Assembly: GCA_946965045.2 (NCBI GenBank)
Contig: OX337239.1
Location: forward strand, 2,170,001-2,234,000
Direction of reading: 5' to 3'
Source of the DNA: Epithemia pelagica
Taxonomy: Eukaryota > Protista > Bacillariophyta
DNA: 64,000 nt
A program made the translations under genes and the position numbers. Positions 45,401-54,888 of this stretch are shown one piece after another; positions within the stretch are counted from its first letter, which is position 1, and each line of letters begins with the position of its first letter. Under the pieces are notes generated by a model that worked only from the letters and a program-made list of their open reading frames with translations, was not told the origin of the DNA and did not search any database.

Positions 45401-45761
45401 CATCAATGGCCTTCCGACGGGAGATGATGTCCTGGAGATTACTCGTGCAACGATTCGTACCAACTACACAAATCCTGCCTTTACCTTTCTTACTTGTTTG
45501 GAGGGTCAAGTGATTTGTTCGGAAGAGGTGGCACAGAATATTAGCAATCCGACGTGCAACACAAGTACATTGGAAGTTGAGTTTGAAACAACATTGAGCC
45601 TGAACGAGGCACAAGGCTATTCCCAAGAGATTAATATTTTCGCGCGAGGATTGACAACGGGACAACGATGCCGAGGAAGAGGTGTTGAAGAGTTCTGTGC
45701 TCCGTTGAACGATCCTGTTTGTCAAGGACAAGACGGCGGTGGCGGAGGTTCACCTCTCTAA
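39447..45761 (+). CDS. Giant secreted Cys-rich modular glycoprotein A (2104 aa), putative adhesin/extracellular-matrix protein
   Basis: Signal peptide, Pro/Ser/Thr linkers (PSxxPS), tandem ~529-aa Cys-rich modules and many NxS/T sequons. No TM or evident GPI tail. Confidence 0.85.
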   Translation: MKLSAITFVLAALGNHHVAYASNPKKHGEYRQQDFSQSQRQDMEQLPTTQLDSSSAHEGGNEDDAQFWDRFLQDFNINGYIKNKQPDPWSKKMSLSFSPAPTDPPTEPPSRNPSESPSERPSASPSEPPSEAPSEAPSNPPTNFPCDVNVTTICEDIDGTLCEDIPPPNGTCFSVANQAIEVLSFTYLPGNDCSMSRNQQYGIAQCQDLAANIPDVPVELICEDNLGNGMNVTEQNITVDGETLFTVTPVGGGSFPEAINCTINNEINGQPLQWNFINTSGAELNLKEAYGALQLESCDDQVCLQEVFFRSFLDNIGGADMNVTLVNITIPGQDPYDLAFLVDNPLVPGEQFTVVDIVFLDYCETQNISYCVDVEADPPVGAPCFDEDKVEFPILVSCSIELNLTCVEESSGLPCDEIPVISNPQCECPEGCSTELEFRFTGNACVDDPTYDCTFDGTINQSGGTVSVATDPNFVAGSVLFNEIVGPGGRVSVFNNLLCIEDTLYINVFTTTGNQRMTLRTDCTSGAGLPLAQPVGALDFVGFTCDNTLEIDCFSNVVLDTCAINQGTDDLFLTLFTVGIRGQEAFNLLNPPVLLEPGDATCEQAITEIFKCNDTEYVVEAIVEANDTSATGCEDTALLPFTIASGTVAPSSSPSDQPTEVPSEAPSIPPTNFPCDVNVTTICEDIDGTLCEDIPPPNGTCFSVANQAIEVLSFTYLPGNDCSMSRNQQYGIAQCQDLAANLPDVPVELICEDNLGNGMNVTEQNITVDGETLFTVTPVGGGSFPEAINCTINNEINGQPLQWNFINTSGAELNLKEAYGALQLESCDDQVCLQEVFFRSFLDNIGGADMNVTLVNITIPGQDPYDLAFLVDNPLVPGEQFTVVDIVFLDYCETQNISYCVDVEADPPVGAPCFDEDKVEFPILVSCSIELNLTCVEESSGLPCDEIPVISNPQCECPEGCSTELEFRFTGNACVDDPTYDCSTQGTIDTDGGTVVVATDPTFQNVLFNQAVTTGTPISVANPSCVPDDLYINVTFTAGSQSIVLRTACSSGAGLPLAQPVGALDFVGFTCDNTLEIDCFSNVVLDTCAINQGTDDLFLTLFTVGIRGQEVFNLLNPPFLLEPGDATCEQAITEIFKCNDTEYVVEAIVEANDTSATGCEDTALLPFTIASGTVAPSSSPSDQPTEVPSETPSDQPSEPPSDVPSLSPSLSPSDPPSEVPSVSPSNQPSDPPSESPSDAPTAPPTGFCLVDVDIVCDVTSDGTITCAGLTPPSTARCSNGERIDTVSFKYLGASGSTCQDSRNQQEANCESVCVDFGLLVDTPVDIECFDLIETPLIVEPTSVLPGEIFTVTENPSSGGPPLMQKINCTISSGGTILQYNVMDVSGDVELDLQEQYGGLELEKCDGLTCFQIVDLVTTINNTGAIEMNITVADETLLGVTTSVLANLTGPWGDNPYLLQPGESAELQRDDLVVDLCETGDFVYQLDAEADPPNGVECNDTDLITLSFAPQCIVDTNLTCTYLETGGDCNSIPDFNSPDCDCDGSCATEMLFRYVPRTCDQSPPDSAFAVECTQLLDQMPTNPNILVVFNATLAYYEGTNVTSETNIFLRAPDGGCIAEPVNVLIQNEIGVPAQVFTLTPGCSNNDERSIGLTDSYASFDFFGFTCQNSPPQNCFTDIEFEQCAINNGVINLTLTQLDLTFEGSVNNLLDDPTVVRDLEPGQATCASPVGYEIYLCDGGTYTANGFVEANDTSGSTCFGDAELTNIDPNRPTFPPTLFPTEVPSPTPSMAPSMVPSTSPTENCDLVIDLNCTGCDINVTNLPNCTDRPFLVGMLFRGGDCSENNFTQPIDRVTCGDFPQNGEVPKLGSNETVFIRANADPKDEIGGTGGDDETLLFEGLVTEGSVYFLYDNGEDMPADTQIRIYPAEGPQNPSTILQDVRFHASCSQPLLLKNVFGSHQLVQFENVPQGNVSCFASITSDYRITIPINGLPTGDDVLEITRATIRTNYTNPAFTFLTCLEGQVICSEEVAQNISNPTCNTSTLEVEFETTLSLNEAQGYSQEINIFARGLTTGQRCRGRGVEEFCAPLNDPVCQGQDGGGGGSPL
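39843..43018 (+). repeat. Two tandem ~1.58-kb intragenic modules in gene A
   Basis: Offset 1587 before and 1578 after a divergent window. The shadow ORFs of the two copies are identical or nearly so. Confidence 0.95.
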
Positions 45762-47284
45762 AGGAAAAACCACTCTCGCTCGAAAGATGTGTCCTAGTCA
45801 TCACTTCATTATTATATATATAATTATTAATAGTAATATATTTCCATTTGGTTTATCGAACTGATGACGTGCAAGGTCTTGATAACGCATGTGAGCAAGA
45901 GACAATTGGTCTTAGTCTATTGTTAGGGCAGTCGACGCTGAAAGAAAGAACAACAGACATTACGATCGATTGAGGAGGGGCATCGGAGAGACTTACAAAA
46001 ATGAACGAGGTCGTCTTGTTGACCAGAGCTCATCATGTCTGGAAAACCCCTTACCTCGGAAACAAATCATTTTCGCGATGACAGAAATGCCGCTTCTTCC
46101 GTTTTTGTTACAAGGATCGATTTCAACAGTAGATGACTCTTCGGTGATACCACTCCTGTTTCATCATGGAGTTGGAAATCTTGATGTGCCAGCGTCGAAT
46201 CGACTTTTCCCTTCTGGGTCACGAGGTAAGGATGAAAGAACAACGGCCGCAATCGATTGCCCGAGTGCCTTAGATTTCAAAGCTTGTCGTACTTGAATGA
46301 TGATCCATAAAGCAAATCCATTACAACAAACACCCGAAAGTGCGAGGTGATCGAGTCGCTGGATTTATCGTAGTATGGATACTCTCTAGAGATGGCTTTG
46401 TGAAGCTTTGTTCTCAGCTACTCCTTTGTTGTCGTTTTTCTCTGTCTCAAGCTGAATGGAGCAAGGTTGGATTCATGACGGCGTGACCCACATCTCCGAG
46501 CTCTGTTGGTTCGAACACCATGACATCCAAGACCTTGCCGACTTACTGACAATTTGAAACAAACCAATTTCGCACGAAACAGGACAAAAGATATGGAACG
46601 GTTGTCTCCTCTCGTCATGAATCAAGCGTCGACAAGCTAAGCGTCATGGAATCGACTAGAGGTATGTTCGGGTTGGTCAAAATTGTGAGCACCCGGAACC
46701 TGGAACCCGGAATCGTCCCCATCTCGAAGAGGAGGCAGACAGACACATATAATCTATTTAATATCTGGATGGCGAGGGAGGTATTTAGAAAATTTAGTCT
46801 TGGTAATTGAGAAATGGACGTTGGCCGTCCCTCCCAGGACTAAATTGGACCTCAGTCAGAACCCTGGTCTTCTCTAAATTCTTCTAACGGCTAGCTAAAT
46901 TGCTAAGAAATAGAGACCGAATATCGCTCAGTATCCGTTCGAAAGTGGTACTTAGGAGAATTGGCACGCCCGGCGGGAAGATCCTTTTCTCATCCGCATC
47001 ACCTGGCACATAGTATTCCAAATCATCTTTCGATCCAGTTCCGTCTCTCACATTCCATACTTCCACACATCCATACAGCTGAATCCCTTACAAAAACGGA
47101 TTGTGGCCAATCCCTTTCACAAAATCAACTGTACTCAGTGAGGAGGAAGACCAGCAAAGAGAATCCAAGCTAGAAGAGCACTCGCTATAAACCTTTGGAC
47201 TGAACCGTGAGCTCGTCGTTCCTCGGTCTAAGCCGTAAGCAGCTTGCGACTCAACAATACGGCTGAAGCTAGTACTCCGGAAAA

Positions 47285-50200
47285 ATGAGGGTGACAGTCG
47301 TTGTTGTTGGTTGGTTGCTGACGAATGCGTTCGCAAGCGCCATCGAATCAAGCCATAGTGATGGACCGGAAGGACATGGACCAGAACAACCTGGGGAAGA
47401 CGATGAAAAGTTCTGGGAGCGATACCTTGGTACTTTTGATTTCAAGCAATTCAAGTCTCCCTGGGAAAAGAAAATGAGTCTCAGTATGAGCGAAGCCCCG
47501 ACCACGCCTCCCAGCGATCGTCCGAGTAACAACCCCAGCAGTCTTCCAACCACTTCGCCAAGTACATCTCCGAGTGAAACACCGACGGATGAGCCAAGTC
47601 AATCGCCATCCACTTCACCAAGCGCGTCACCTTCGACTTCACCAAGTGATTCACCTAGTGAAACTCCTACCGAAGTCCCAAGCAACTCTCCATCTGCCTC
47701 ACCAAGTGAATCTCCGACAAACACGCCCAGTGAAAGTCCCAGTTCATCACCAAGTGTGCCTCCAACCCTTACTCCAAGTCTATCCCCCAGTGATCAGCCG
47801 TCTAGTCGGCCTACGAACTTTGCTTGTGGCGTCAATGTTACAACGATTTGTGAGGACTTTGAAGAAACCCGTTGTGAAGACATTCCACCACCCGATGGAA
47901 CCTGTTTCAGTGTTGGAAACCAAGCTATTGAAGTACTCTCCTTCACCTATCTACCGGGCAACGACTGTTCAACAAGTCGCAACCAGCAGTACGAAACATC
48001 ACAATGCGAGGATGTAGGTACGTTGGTGGATGAACCTGTCGACTTGATGTGTGTTGACGTAGAAAACACTGTCCTGATGACGGTGACGGAACAGAATATC
48101 ACGGTTGACGGCGAAGTGTTGTTCACTGTGATGCCCATGGGAACGGGACCTAGAGAGTTTCCGGATGCCATTAACTGTACCATTGTCTTGGCGTCGACCG
48201 GGGAGCCCCTTCAATGGAACGTCATTGATACATCCGGTAGATCAGAGTTGAATCTCAAGGAGACATACGGCGCGATGCAATTGGAGTCTTGTGATGATCA
48301 AGTTTGTATCCAAGAAGTCTTTTTTCGAAGCTTCCTTGACAATATTGGAAGTGCCAACATGAACGTTACACTGGTCAACATTACTATTCCTGGACAAGAT
48401 CCATACGACTTGGCCTTTTTGGTGGACAATCCGTTGGCCCCAGGAGAACAGTTTACAGTTGTGGATATTATCTTTTTGGATTATTGTGAGACGCAGAATA
48501 TTTCTTATTGTGTCGATGTTCAGGCGGATCCTCCTGTGGGCGAACCATGCTTTGACGAAGACAAGGTTGAGTTCCCTATCCTTGTTGAATGTGCCATTGA
48601 GCTTAACCTTACATGTGTCGAAGAATCAAGTGGACTGGCATGTGACCAAATCCCTCCTATTTCCAATCCTCAGTGTGAATGTCGAGAAGGATGTTCCACA
48701 GAGCTACAGTTTCGTTTTACGGCCGCATCATGCGGAGATGATCGTGAAGGTTTCACATGCGAACAAGACGGAACAATGCATGAGGCCGGAGGATCCCTAC
48801 TTGTGTTTATTGATGCCGATGCACAAACAGTCCTATACAATGAATCTATTGTCCCAGATACTCCAATTGTAATCTTCGACTCTATGGAGTGTCTCCCCGA
48901 TATGCTGTATCTCCTTATATTCACTGACACGGGACGGCAGCGCATTGCCCTCAATACTGGATGTCAGACTGGTAGTGGTATTATTCTTGCAGAGGCGGTT
49001 GGTGCGTTGAATTTCGTTGGATATGCATGCGACAACAGTCCGACGGTCAAATGTTATTCCAATGTGGCTGTTGATACATGTGCCATCAACCAAGGAACGG
49101 ACGACCTTTTCTTGACTCTCTTTACTGTTGGAATTGTGGGGCAGTCGACGTTTAACTTGCTTGGAGAAGAGCCCGTTTTGTTGCAACCTGGAGAAGCCAC
49201 CTGTGATGATGTATCCACGGAAATTTACAAATGCAATGAAACGTTATATACTGTGGTTGCTCGGGTTGAAGCTAACGAAACATCGAACATCGGATGTGAG
49301 GACGAGGAGTCAATTCAGTTCTTTATATCTGAAGACACCCTGGTCCCGAGTTCGTCCCCAAGTGAACCCCCGACGTCGGTTCCAAGTGATGAACCCAGTC
49401 TTTCCCCAAGTGAACCTCCTTCATTGTCCCCCAGTGACCCTCCTTCACTGTCCCCCAGTACCTCTCCAAGTGAACCTCCCACCCTTTTGCCGAGTTCACC
49501 ACCAAGTGACGTTCCCTCAACTCCACCCACAAATTTGCCTTGTGACGTCAACGTAACAGTTATTTGTGAAGACATTTTGGGAAGGAACTGTGAGGACATT
49601 CCTTCGCCAAATGGAACGTGTTTCACTAACTCAAATCGTGCTATCGAGGTTCTTTCATTCACTTATGTGCCATTCGGTGATTGCTCTACAAGTCGTAACC
49701 AGCAATATGACACTTCGGAATGTCAAGATCTAGCCACATTGGTGGATGAACCGGTGAACATGGTTTGTGTTGGGGCTGGCGACACGCCCATGGTTGTTAC
49801 CGAGCAGAATATCACCGTAGACGGAGAAACGCTTTTCACGGTCTCACGTCCAGACAATAGTCCGTTCCCGTCGTCTATCAATTGTACGATCGAACTGGAG
49901 TCGACCGGGGAGCCCCTTCAATGGAACGTCATTGGTACGACACCATCTACAGAGCTCAATCTCAAGGAGACGTATGGAGCCATGCAATTGGAGTCATGCG
50001 ATGACCAGGTTTGTCTCCAACAGGTATTCTTCCGCAATTTCCTTGATAATATTGGAGGTGCCGACATGAATGTGACACTGGTCAACATCACCATACCTGG
50101 ACAAGATCCATATGACTTAGCCTTTTTGGTGGACAATCCGTTGGCCCCTGGAGAACAGTTTACAGTTGTGGATATCATCTTTTTGGATTACTGCGAGACG

Positions 50201-53200
50201 CATAACATTTCGTATTGTGTCGATGTTGAGGCGGATCCACCTGTTGGAGCACCATGCTTTGATGAAGACAAGGTCGAGTTTTCCATTGAACCACCCTGTG
50301 GTATTGAGGTCAATCTTACATGTATCGAGGCGGAAACTGGAATTCGTTGCAACCAGATTCCTTCCATAATTAACCCTCAGTGTGAATGCATCGGCCCCGG
50401 TGACTGCTTGCAAGTCATAGAGTTCCGATACACAGCATCACCCTGCCAACCCCCACAAGACCAGGAAGGCTTTACATGCTCGCCACAAGGTGGACCATTG
50501 ACTGAATCCGGAGGGACACTCATTGTTTCGTCTAACCCAGATGGATCCGATGTGATCTTTGAGTCTTTAATTGAACTTGACCGCAGTGTTAGGGTGCAGA
50601 ACGGTACATGTCTCCCCGACACCCTGTACATGGAAGTCATTACGAACGATGGAAGCCAAAATATAGCGCTGACACCTGGTTGCTCAACTGGATCTGGAAT
50701 TGATCTGGCCCTGTCAGCTGGGTCGTTGGATTTTGTTGCATACAGCTGTGCTCAAGGCGACGAGAGAGACTGCTTCGCCGATATTCTCCTCGATACTTGT
50801 GCAATTAACCAGGGGCCAATAAACCTGACGTTGACGAGCTTCACGGTTGGCCTCGAAGGGGAACCACAAACCAGTCTTCTTGATCCGAATGTTGAGATTA
50901 TTTTGCAACCAGGAGATGAATACTGTGGTAATGGCACATCAGAAGTCTTCAAATGCAACGGAACAACATACACGGCAGTCTCTGTTGTTACGGCAAACGA
51001 CACTTCGGCAATTGGTTGCGAGGACGAAGAGATCCTTCAATTCTTTGTTCCTCCTCCGGGAACGCAGGTTCCTAGCTCATCTCCGAGTGATCCTCCAAGC
51101 GACATTCCTAGTACCAGTCCAAGTGAACCACCGACCACTACTCCCTCTTTAGCTCCTAGTACCAATCCCAGTGAATCTCCGAGTGAAGTGCCAACGACAA
51201 GTCCAAGTGATTCACCGAGTGAGTCTCCGAGTGAATCTCCGAGTGAAGTGCCAACGACAAGTCCTTCCCGCTCTCCGTCAACCTCTCCGAGTGAGTCCCC
51301 AAGCGAGTCACCGAGTGCACCTCCCAGCGACCAACCCTCAAGAACGCCGACAACGACGCCCAGTAGCTCCCCAAGCGAACCACCGACATCGAATCCAAGC
51401 GAACCACCAACTGAACTCCCGAGTGACGTTCCAAGTGAACCCCCGAGTCGTTCCCCGTCCACTTCTCCAAGTGAAAACCCCAGTGCTCCTCCCAGCAATT
51501 CTCCAAGTGAAAACCCCAGTGCTCCTCCCAGCAATACACCAAGCACTACCCCCACCGATGTTCCGTCGTTGTCACCAAGTGATCCTCCGAGTCAGACTCC
51601 ATCGGATGTTCCATCGTCTCCTCCTACCGGGGTTTGTCTTGTTGACGTTGACATCGTTTGCGATGTAACAAGTGATGGAACAATTACCTGTGCAGGACTT
51701 ACACCTCCTTCCACCGCACGTTGTTCCAATGGAGAGAGAATCGATACAGTGTCATTCAAGTATCTTGGGGCATCTGGCTCGACTTGTCAAGACAGTCGAA
51801 ATCAACAAGAGGCGGATTGTGAGTCTGTCTGCGTTGATTTTGGACTTCTTGTGGATACACCTGTCGATATTGAATGCTTTGACTTGATTGAGACCCCTTT
51901 GTTTGTTGAACCAACAACGGTCCTTCCTGGAGAGATCTTTACCGTCACTGGAGACCCGTCGGGTGGAGGACCACCTTTGATGCAAAAGATCAATTGTACA
52001 ATTTCATCCGGGGGAAACATTCTGCAGTACAATGTGATGGACGTGTCGGGTAACGTTGAGTTGGATCTACAAGAACAATACGGTGGTTTGGAACTTGAGA
52101 AATGCGATGGACTGACGTGCTTCCAAACTGTCGACCTCGTGACTACAATTAACAATACTGGGGCGATTGAAATGAACATTACAGTTGCGGATGAAACACT
52201 GCTTGGCGTCACCACAAGCGTTCTCGCTAATCTTACTGGTCCATGGGGTGATAATCCGTATCTCCTACAACCTGGAGAAAGTGCCGAGCTTCAAAGAGAT
52301 GATTTGGTCGTTGATCTTTGTGAAACAGGAGACTTTGTGTATCAGCTCGACGCCGAGGCCGACCCTCCTAACGGAGTGGAGTGCAATGACACAGATTTGA
52401 TCACGCTTTCTTTCGCACCACAGTGTATTGTCGACACCAACCTTACATGTACCTACCTCGAGACTGGCGGTGACTGTAACTCCATCCCAGATTTCAACTC
52501 CCCGGACTGTGATTGTGATGGAAGCTGTGCAACGGAAATGTTGTTCCGATATGTTCCACGCACCTGTGACCAGTCTCCACCAGACAGTGCATTTGCGGTC
52601 GAATGTACACAGTTGTTGGACCAAATGCCGACCAATCCAAATATTTTGGTTGTCTTCGACGCAACGACGGCTTATTACGAAGGCACCAACGTCACCTCAG
52701 AAACAAACATTGTCTTACGTGCACCGGATGGCGGTTGCATTGCCGAGCCTGTGAACGTGTTGATCCAGAACGAGATCGGAGTTCCGGCACAGGTGTTCAC
52801 ACTGACACCAGGCTGCAGTAACAACGATGAACGGTCAATTGGGTTGACAGACAGCTACGCGTCTTTTGACTTTTTCGGTTTCACCTGTCAAAACAGTCCT
52901 CCTCAAAACTGTTTCACGGACATTGAGTTTGAGCAATGCGCCATCAACAATGGTGTCATCAATCTCACTCTGACCCAGCTCGATTTGACGTTTGAAGGTT
53001 CCGTGAATAATCTTCTCGATGATCCAACTGTAGTACGGGATCTCGAATCAGGACAAGCAACCTGTGCAAGTCCAGTCGGCTATGAGATTTATCTGTGTGA
53101 CGGAGGAACATACACGGCCAATGCGTTCGTAGAAGCGAACGATACATCAGGTAGCACCTGTTTTGGAGATGCTGAACTTACCAATATCGATCCCAATCGT

Positions 53201-54220
53201 CCGACCTTCCCACCAACGCTCTTCCCAACAGAAGTTCCCAGCCCCACTCCGTCCATGGCTCCGTCAATGGTTCCCTCTACGTCGCCCACTGAGAATTGTG
53301 ACTTGGTCATTGACTTGAACTGTACAGGATGTGATATCAACGTGACGAATCTTCCTAATTGTACCGATCGACCGTTTTTGGTTGGAATGCTTTTCCGAGG
53401 AGGAGACTGTTCCGAGAACAACTTTACACAACCAATTGACCGAGTGACATGTGGCGATTTCCCTCAGAATGGAGAGGTTCCCAAACTCGGAAGTAATGAA
53501 ACCGTATTCATCAGAGCTAACGCAGATCCGAAAGACGAGATCGGCGGCACTGGAGGAGATGGCGAAACATTGCTTTTTGAGGGCCTGGTGACTGAGGGAA
53601 GTGTGTACTTTCTTTACGATAATGGTGAAGATATGCCTGCGGACACACAGATCCGAATTTATCCAGCAGAGGGTCCACAAAACCCTTCAACCATTCTACA
53701 AGATGTTCGCTTCCATGCGTCTTGTTCACAACCTCTTTTGTTGAAGAATGTGTTTGGATCTCATCAGTTGGTCCAGTTTGAGAATGTTCCGCAAGGCAAT
53801 GTGTCTTGCTTTGCAAGTATCACTTCCGACTACAGAATTACAATTCCCATCAATGGCCTTCCGACGGGAGATGATGTCCTGGAGATTACTCGTGCAACGA
53901 TTCGTACCAACTACACAAATCCTGCCTTTACCTTTCTTACTTGTTTGGAGGGTCAAGTGATTTGTTCGGAAGAGGTGGCACAGAATATTAGCAATCCGAC
54001 GTGCAACACAAGTACATTGGAAGTTGAGTTTGAAACAACATTGAGCCTGAACGAGGCACAAGGCTATTCCCAAGAGATTAATATTTTCGCGCGAGGATTG
54101 ACAACGGGACAACGATGCCGAGGAAGAGGTGTTGAAGAGTTCTGTGCTCCGTTGAACGATCCTGTTTGTCAAGGACAAGGCAGTGGTGGGGGAGGAGGCG
54201 GAGGAGGTTCACCCCTCTAA
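47285..54220 (+). CDS. Giant secreted Cys-rich modular glycoprotein B (2311 aa), tandem paralog of gene A
   Basis: Same architecture as gene A with longer PS-rich linkers. The 3' ~2.6 kb is almost identical to gene A. Confidence 0.85.
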   Translation: MRVTVVVVGWLLTNAFASAIESSHSDGPEGHGPEQPGEDDEKFWERYLGTFDFKQFKSPWEKKMSLSMSEAPTTPPSDRPSNNPSSLPTTSPSTSPSETPTDEPSQSPSTSPSASPSTSPSDSPSETPTEVPSNSPSASPSESPTNTPSESPSSSPSVPPTLTPSLSPSDQPSSRPTNFACGVNVTTICEDFEETRCEDIPPPDGTCFSVGNQAIEVLSFTYLPGNDCSTSRNQQYETSQCEDVGTLVDEPVDLMCVDVENTVLMTVTEQNITVDGEVLFTVMPMGTGPREFPDAINCTIVLASTGEPLQWNVIDTSGRSELNLKETYGAMQLESCDDQVCIQEVFFRSFLDNIGSANMNVTLVNITIPGQDPYDLAFLVDNPLAPGEQFTVVDIIFLDYCETQNISYCVDVQADPPVGEPCFDEDKVEFPILVECAIELNLTCVEESSGLACDQIPPISNPQCECREGCSTELQFRFTAASCGDDREGFTCEQDGTMHEAGGSLLVFIDADAQTVLYNESIVPDTPIVIFDSMECLPDMLYLLIFTDTGRQRIALNTGCQTGSGIILAEAVGALNFVGYACDNSPTVKCYSNVAVDTCAINQGTDDLFLTLFTVGIVGQSTFNLLGEEPVLLQPGEATCDDVSTEIYKCNETLYTVVARVEANETSNIGCEDEESIQFFISEDTLVPSSSPSEPPTSVPSDEPSLSPSEPPSLSPSDPPSLSPSTSPSEPPTLLPSSPPSDVPSTPPTNLPCDVNVTVICEDILGRNCEDIPSPNGTCFTNSNRAIEVLSFTYVPFGDCSTSRNQQYDTSECQDLATLVDEPVNMVCVGAGDTPMVVTEQNITVDGETLFTVSRPDNSPFPSSINCTIELESTGEPLQWNVIGTTPSTELNLKETYGAMQLESCDDQVCLQQVFFRNFLDNIGGADMNVTLVNITIPGQDPYDLAFLVDNPLAPGEQFTVVDIIFLDYCETHNISYCVDVEADPPVGAPCFDEDKVEFSIEPPCGIEVNLTCIEAETGIRCNQIPSIINPQCECIGPGDCLQVIEFRYTASPCQPPQDQEGFTCSPQGGPLTESGGTLIVSSNPDGSDVIFESLIELDRSVRVQNGTCLPDTLYMEVITNDGSQNIALTPGCSTGSGIDLALSAGSLDFVAYSCAQGDERDCFADILLDTCAINQGPINLTLTSFTVGLEGEPQTSLLDPNVEIILQPGDEYCGNGTSEVFKCNGTTYTAVSVVTANDTSAIGCEDEEILQFFVPPPGTQVPSSSPSDPPSDIPSTSPSEPPTTTPSLAPSTNPSESPSEVPTTSPSDSPSESPSESPSEVPTTSPSRSPSTSPSESPSESPSAPPSDQPSRTPTTTPSSSPSEPPTSNPSEPPTELPSDVPSEPPSRSPSTSPSENPSAPPSNSPSENPSAPPSNTPSTTPTDVPSLSPSDPPSQTPSDVPSSPPTGVCLVDVDIVCDVTSDGTITCAGLTPPSTARCSNGERIDTVSFKYLGASGSTCQDSRNQQEADCESVCVDFGLLVDTPVDIECFDLIETPLFVEPTTVLPGEIFTVTGDPSGGGPPLMQKINCTISSGGNILQYNVMDVSGNVELDLQEQYGGLELEKCDGLTCFQTVDLVTTINNTGAIEMNITVADETLLGVTTSVLANLTGPWGDNPYLLQPGESAELQRDDLVVDLCETGDFVYQLDAEADPPNGVECNDTDLITLSFAPQCIVDTNLTCTYLETGGDCNSIPDFNSPDCDCDGSCATEMLFRYVPRTCDQSPPDSAFAVECTQLLDQMPTNPNILVVFDATTAYYEGTNVTSETNIVLRAPDGGCIAEPVNVLIQNEIGVPAQVFTLTPGCSNNDERSIGLTDSYASFDFFGFTCQNSPPQNCFTDIEFEQCAINNGVINLTLTQLDLTFEGSVNNLLDDPTVVRDLESGQATCASPVGYEIYLCDGGTYTANAFVEANDTSGSTCFGDAELTNIDPNRPTFPPTLFPTEVPSPTPSMAPSMVPSTSPTENCDLVIDLNCTGCDINVTNLPNCTDRPFLVGMLFRGGDCSENNFTQPIDRVTCGDFPQNGEVPKLGSNETVFIRANADPKDEIGGTGGDGETLLFEGLVTEGSVYFLYDNGEDMPADTQIRIYPAEGPQNPSTILQDVRFHASCSQPLLLKNVFGSHQLVQFENVPQGNVSCFASITSDYRITIPINGLPTGDDVLEITRATIRTNYTNPAFTFLTCLEGQVICSEEVAQNISNPTCNTSTLEVEFETTLSLNEAQGYSQEINIFARGLTTGQRCRGRGVEEFCAPLNDPVCQGQGSGGGGGGGGSPL
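51618..54180 (+). repeat. Near-identical copy of 43171-45733 (shared C-terminal block of genes A and B)
   Basis: Constant offset 8447 (e.g. shadow ORFs 43225/51672, 45279/53726) with only scattered substitutions. Confidence 0.95.
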
Positions 54221-54888
54221 GTCTTCTTTTATGAATCACACTCTTGATGATGATGATCATCATCATCAACAACAACGAAGCGGTAGTCTTTTGTCCAGGA
54301 TACCAACAACCCATTGCGAACCTGTCGCACACACACAAAAATACCAACGTTCCATGCCGTAAACTACACACGCCTACTTACCATACTTATGAAACAACAC
54401 AACTCCACACAAGCAACCACAACCAACTGCGGGCCAAGGTCGACATGACCTCATTTCACCGCCATATTTGCATATTCTCTGTTCATGTTCCGTATCACCC
54501 TTTTCTATTCATAACACTACTCATAACTATTTAGCAATGTTTTTAAGAATGAACCTTTCTCGTCATAGGTTTAAATGATATGCCGTATATGTGTGGCACT
54601 GCCCGGACACTTCTAGTATAAACCCAAACACCATGCTTTGTGGACCCAGTGCACTGCATTCGTCTACCAGCACAAACGTCGCAACTACCCATGTAGACCA
54701 ATGGTGTTTCTCTTCGACGACAGATAACGAGTCCACTTGTGCTACTACTAGGTAGTACACCGTTGTCCACGAAAAGAAGAAGGAGTGCTCTATCTCTGGT
54801 CGACCCAAACCGCAAGCAAGGAGTGACGAGGAAGGCTCCTTTCGATTCCTCGCACTGTGTGGACACGGACTCCAGACTGGTCGGAGAC

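Noticed and set aside
51037-51555. Gly/Leu-rich antisense ORF resembling a membrane or structural protein
   Set aside because: It is the antisense shadow of the Pro/Ser linker repeats of gene B.
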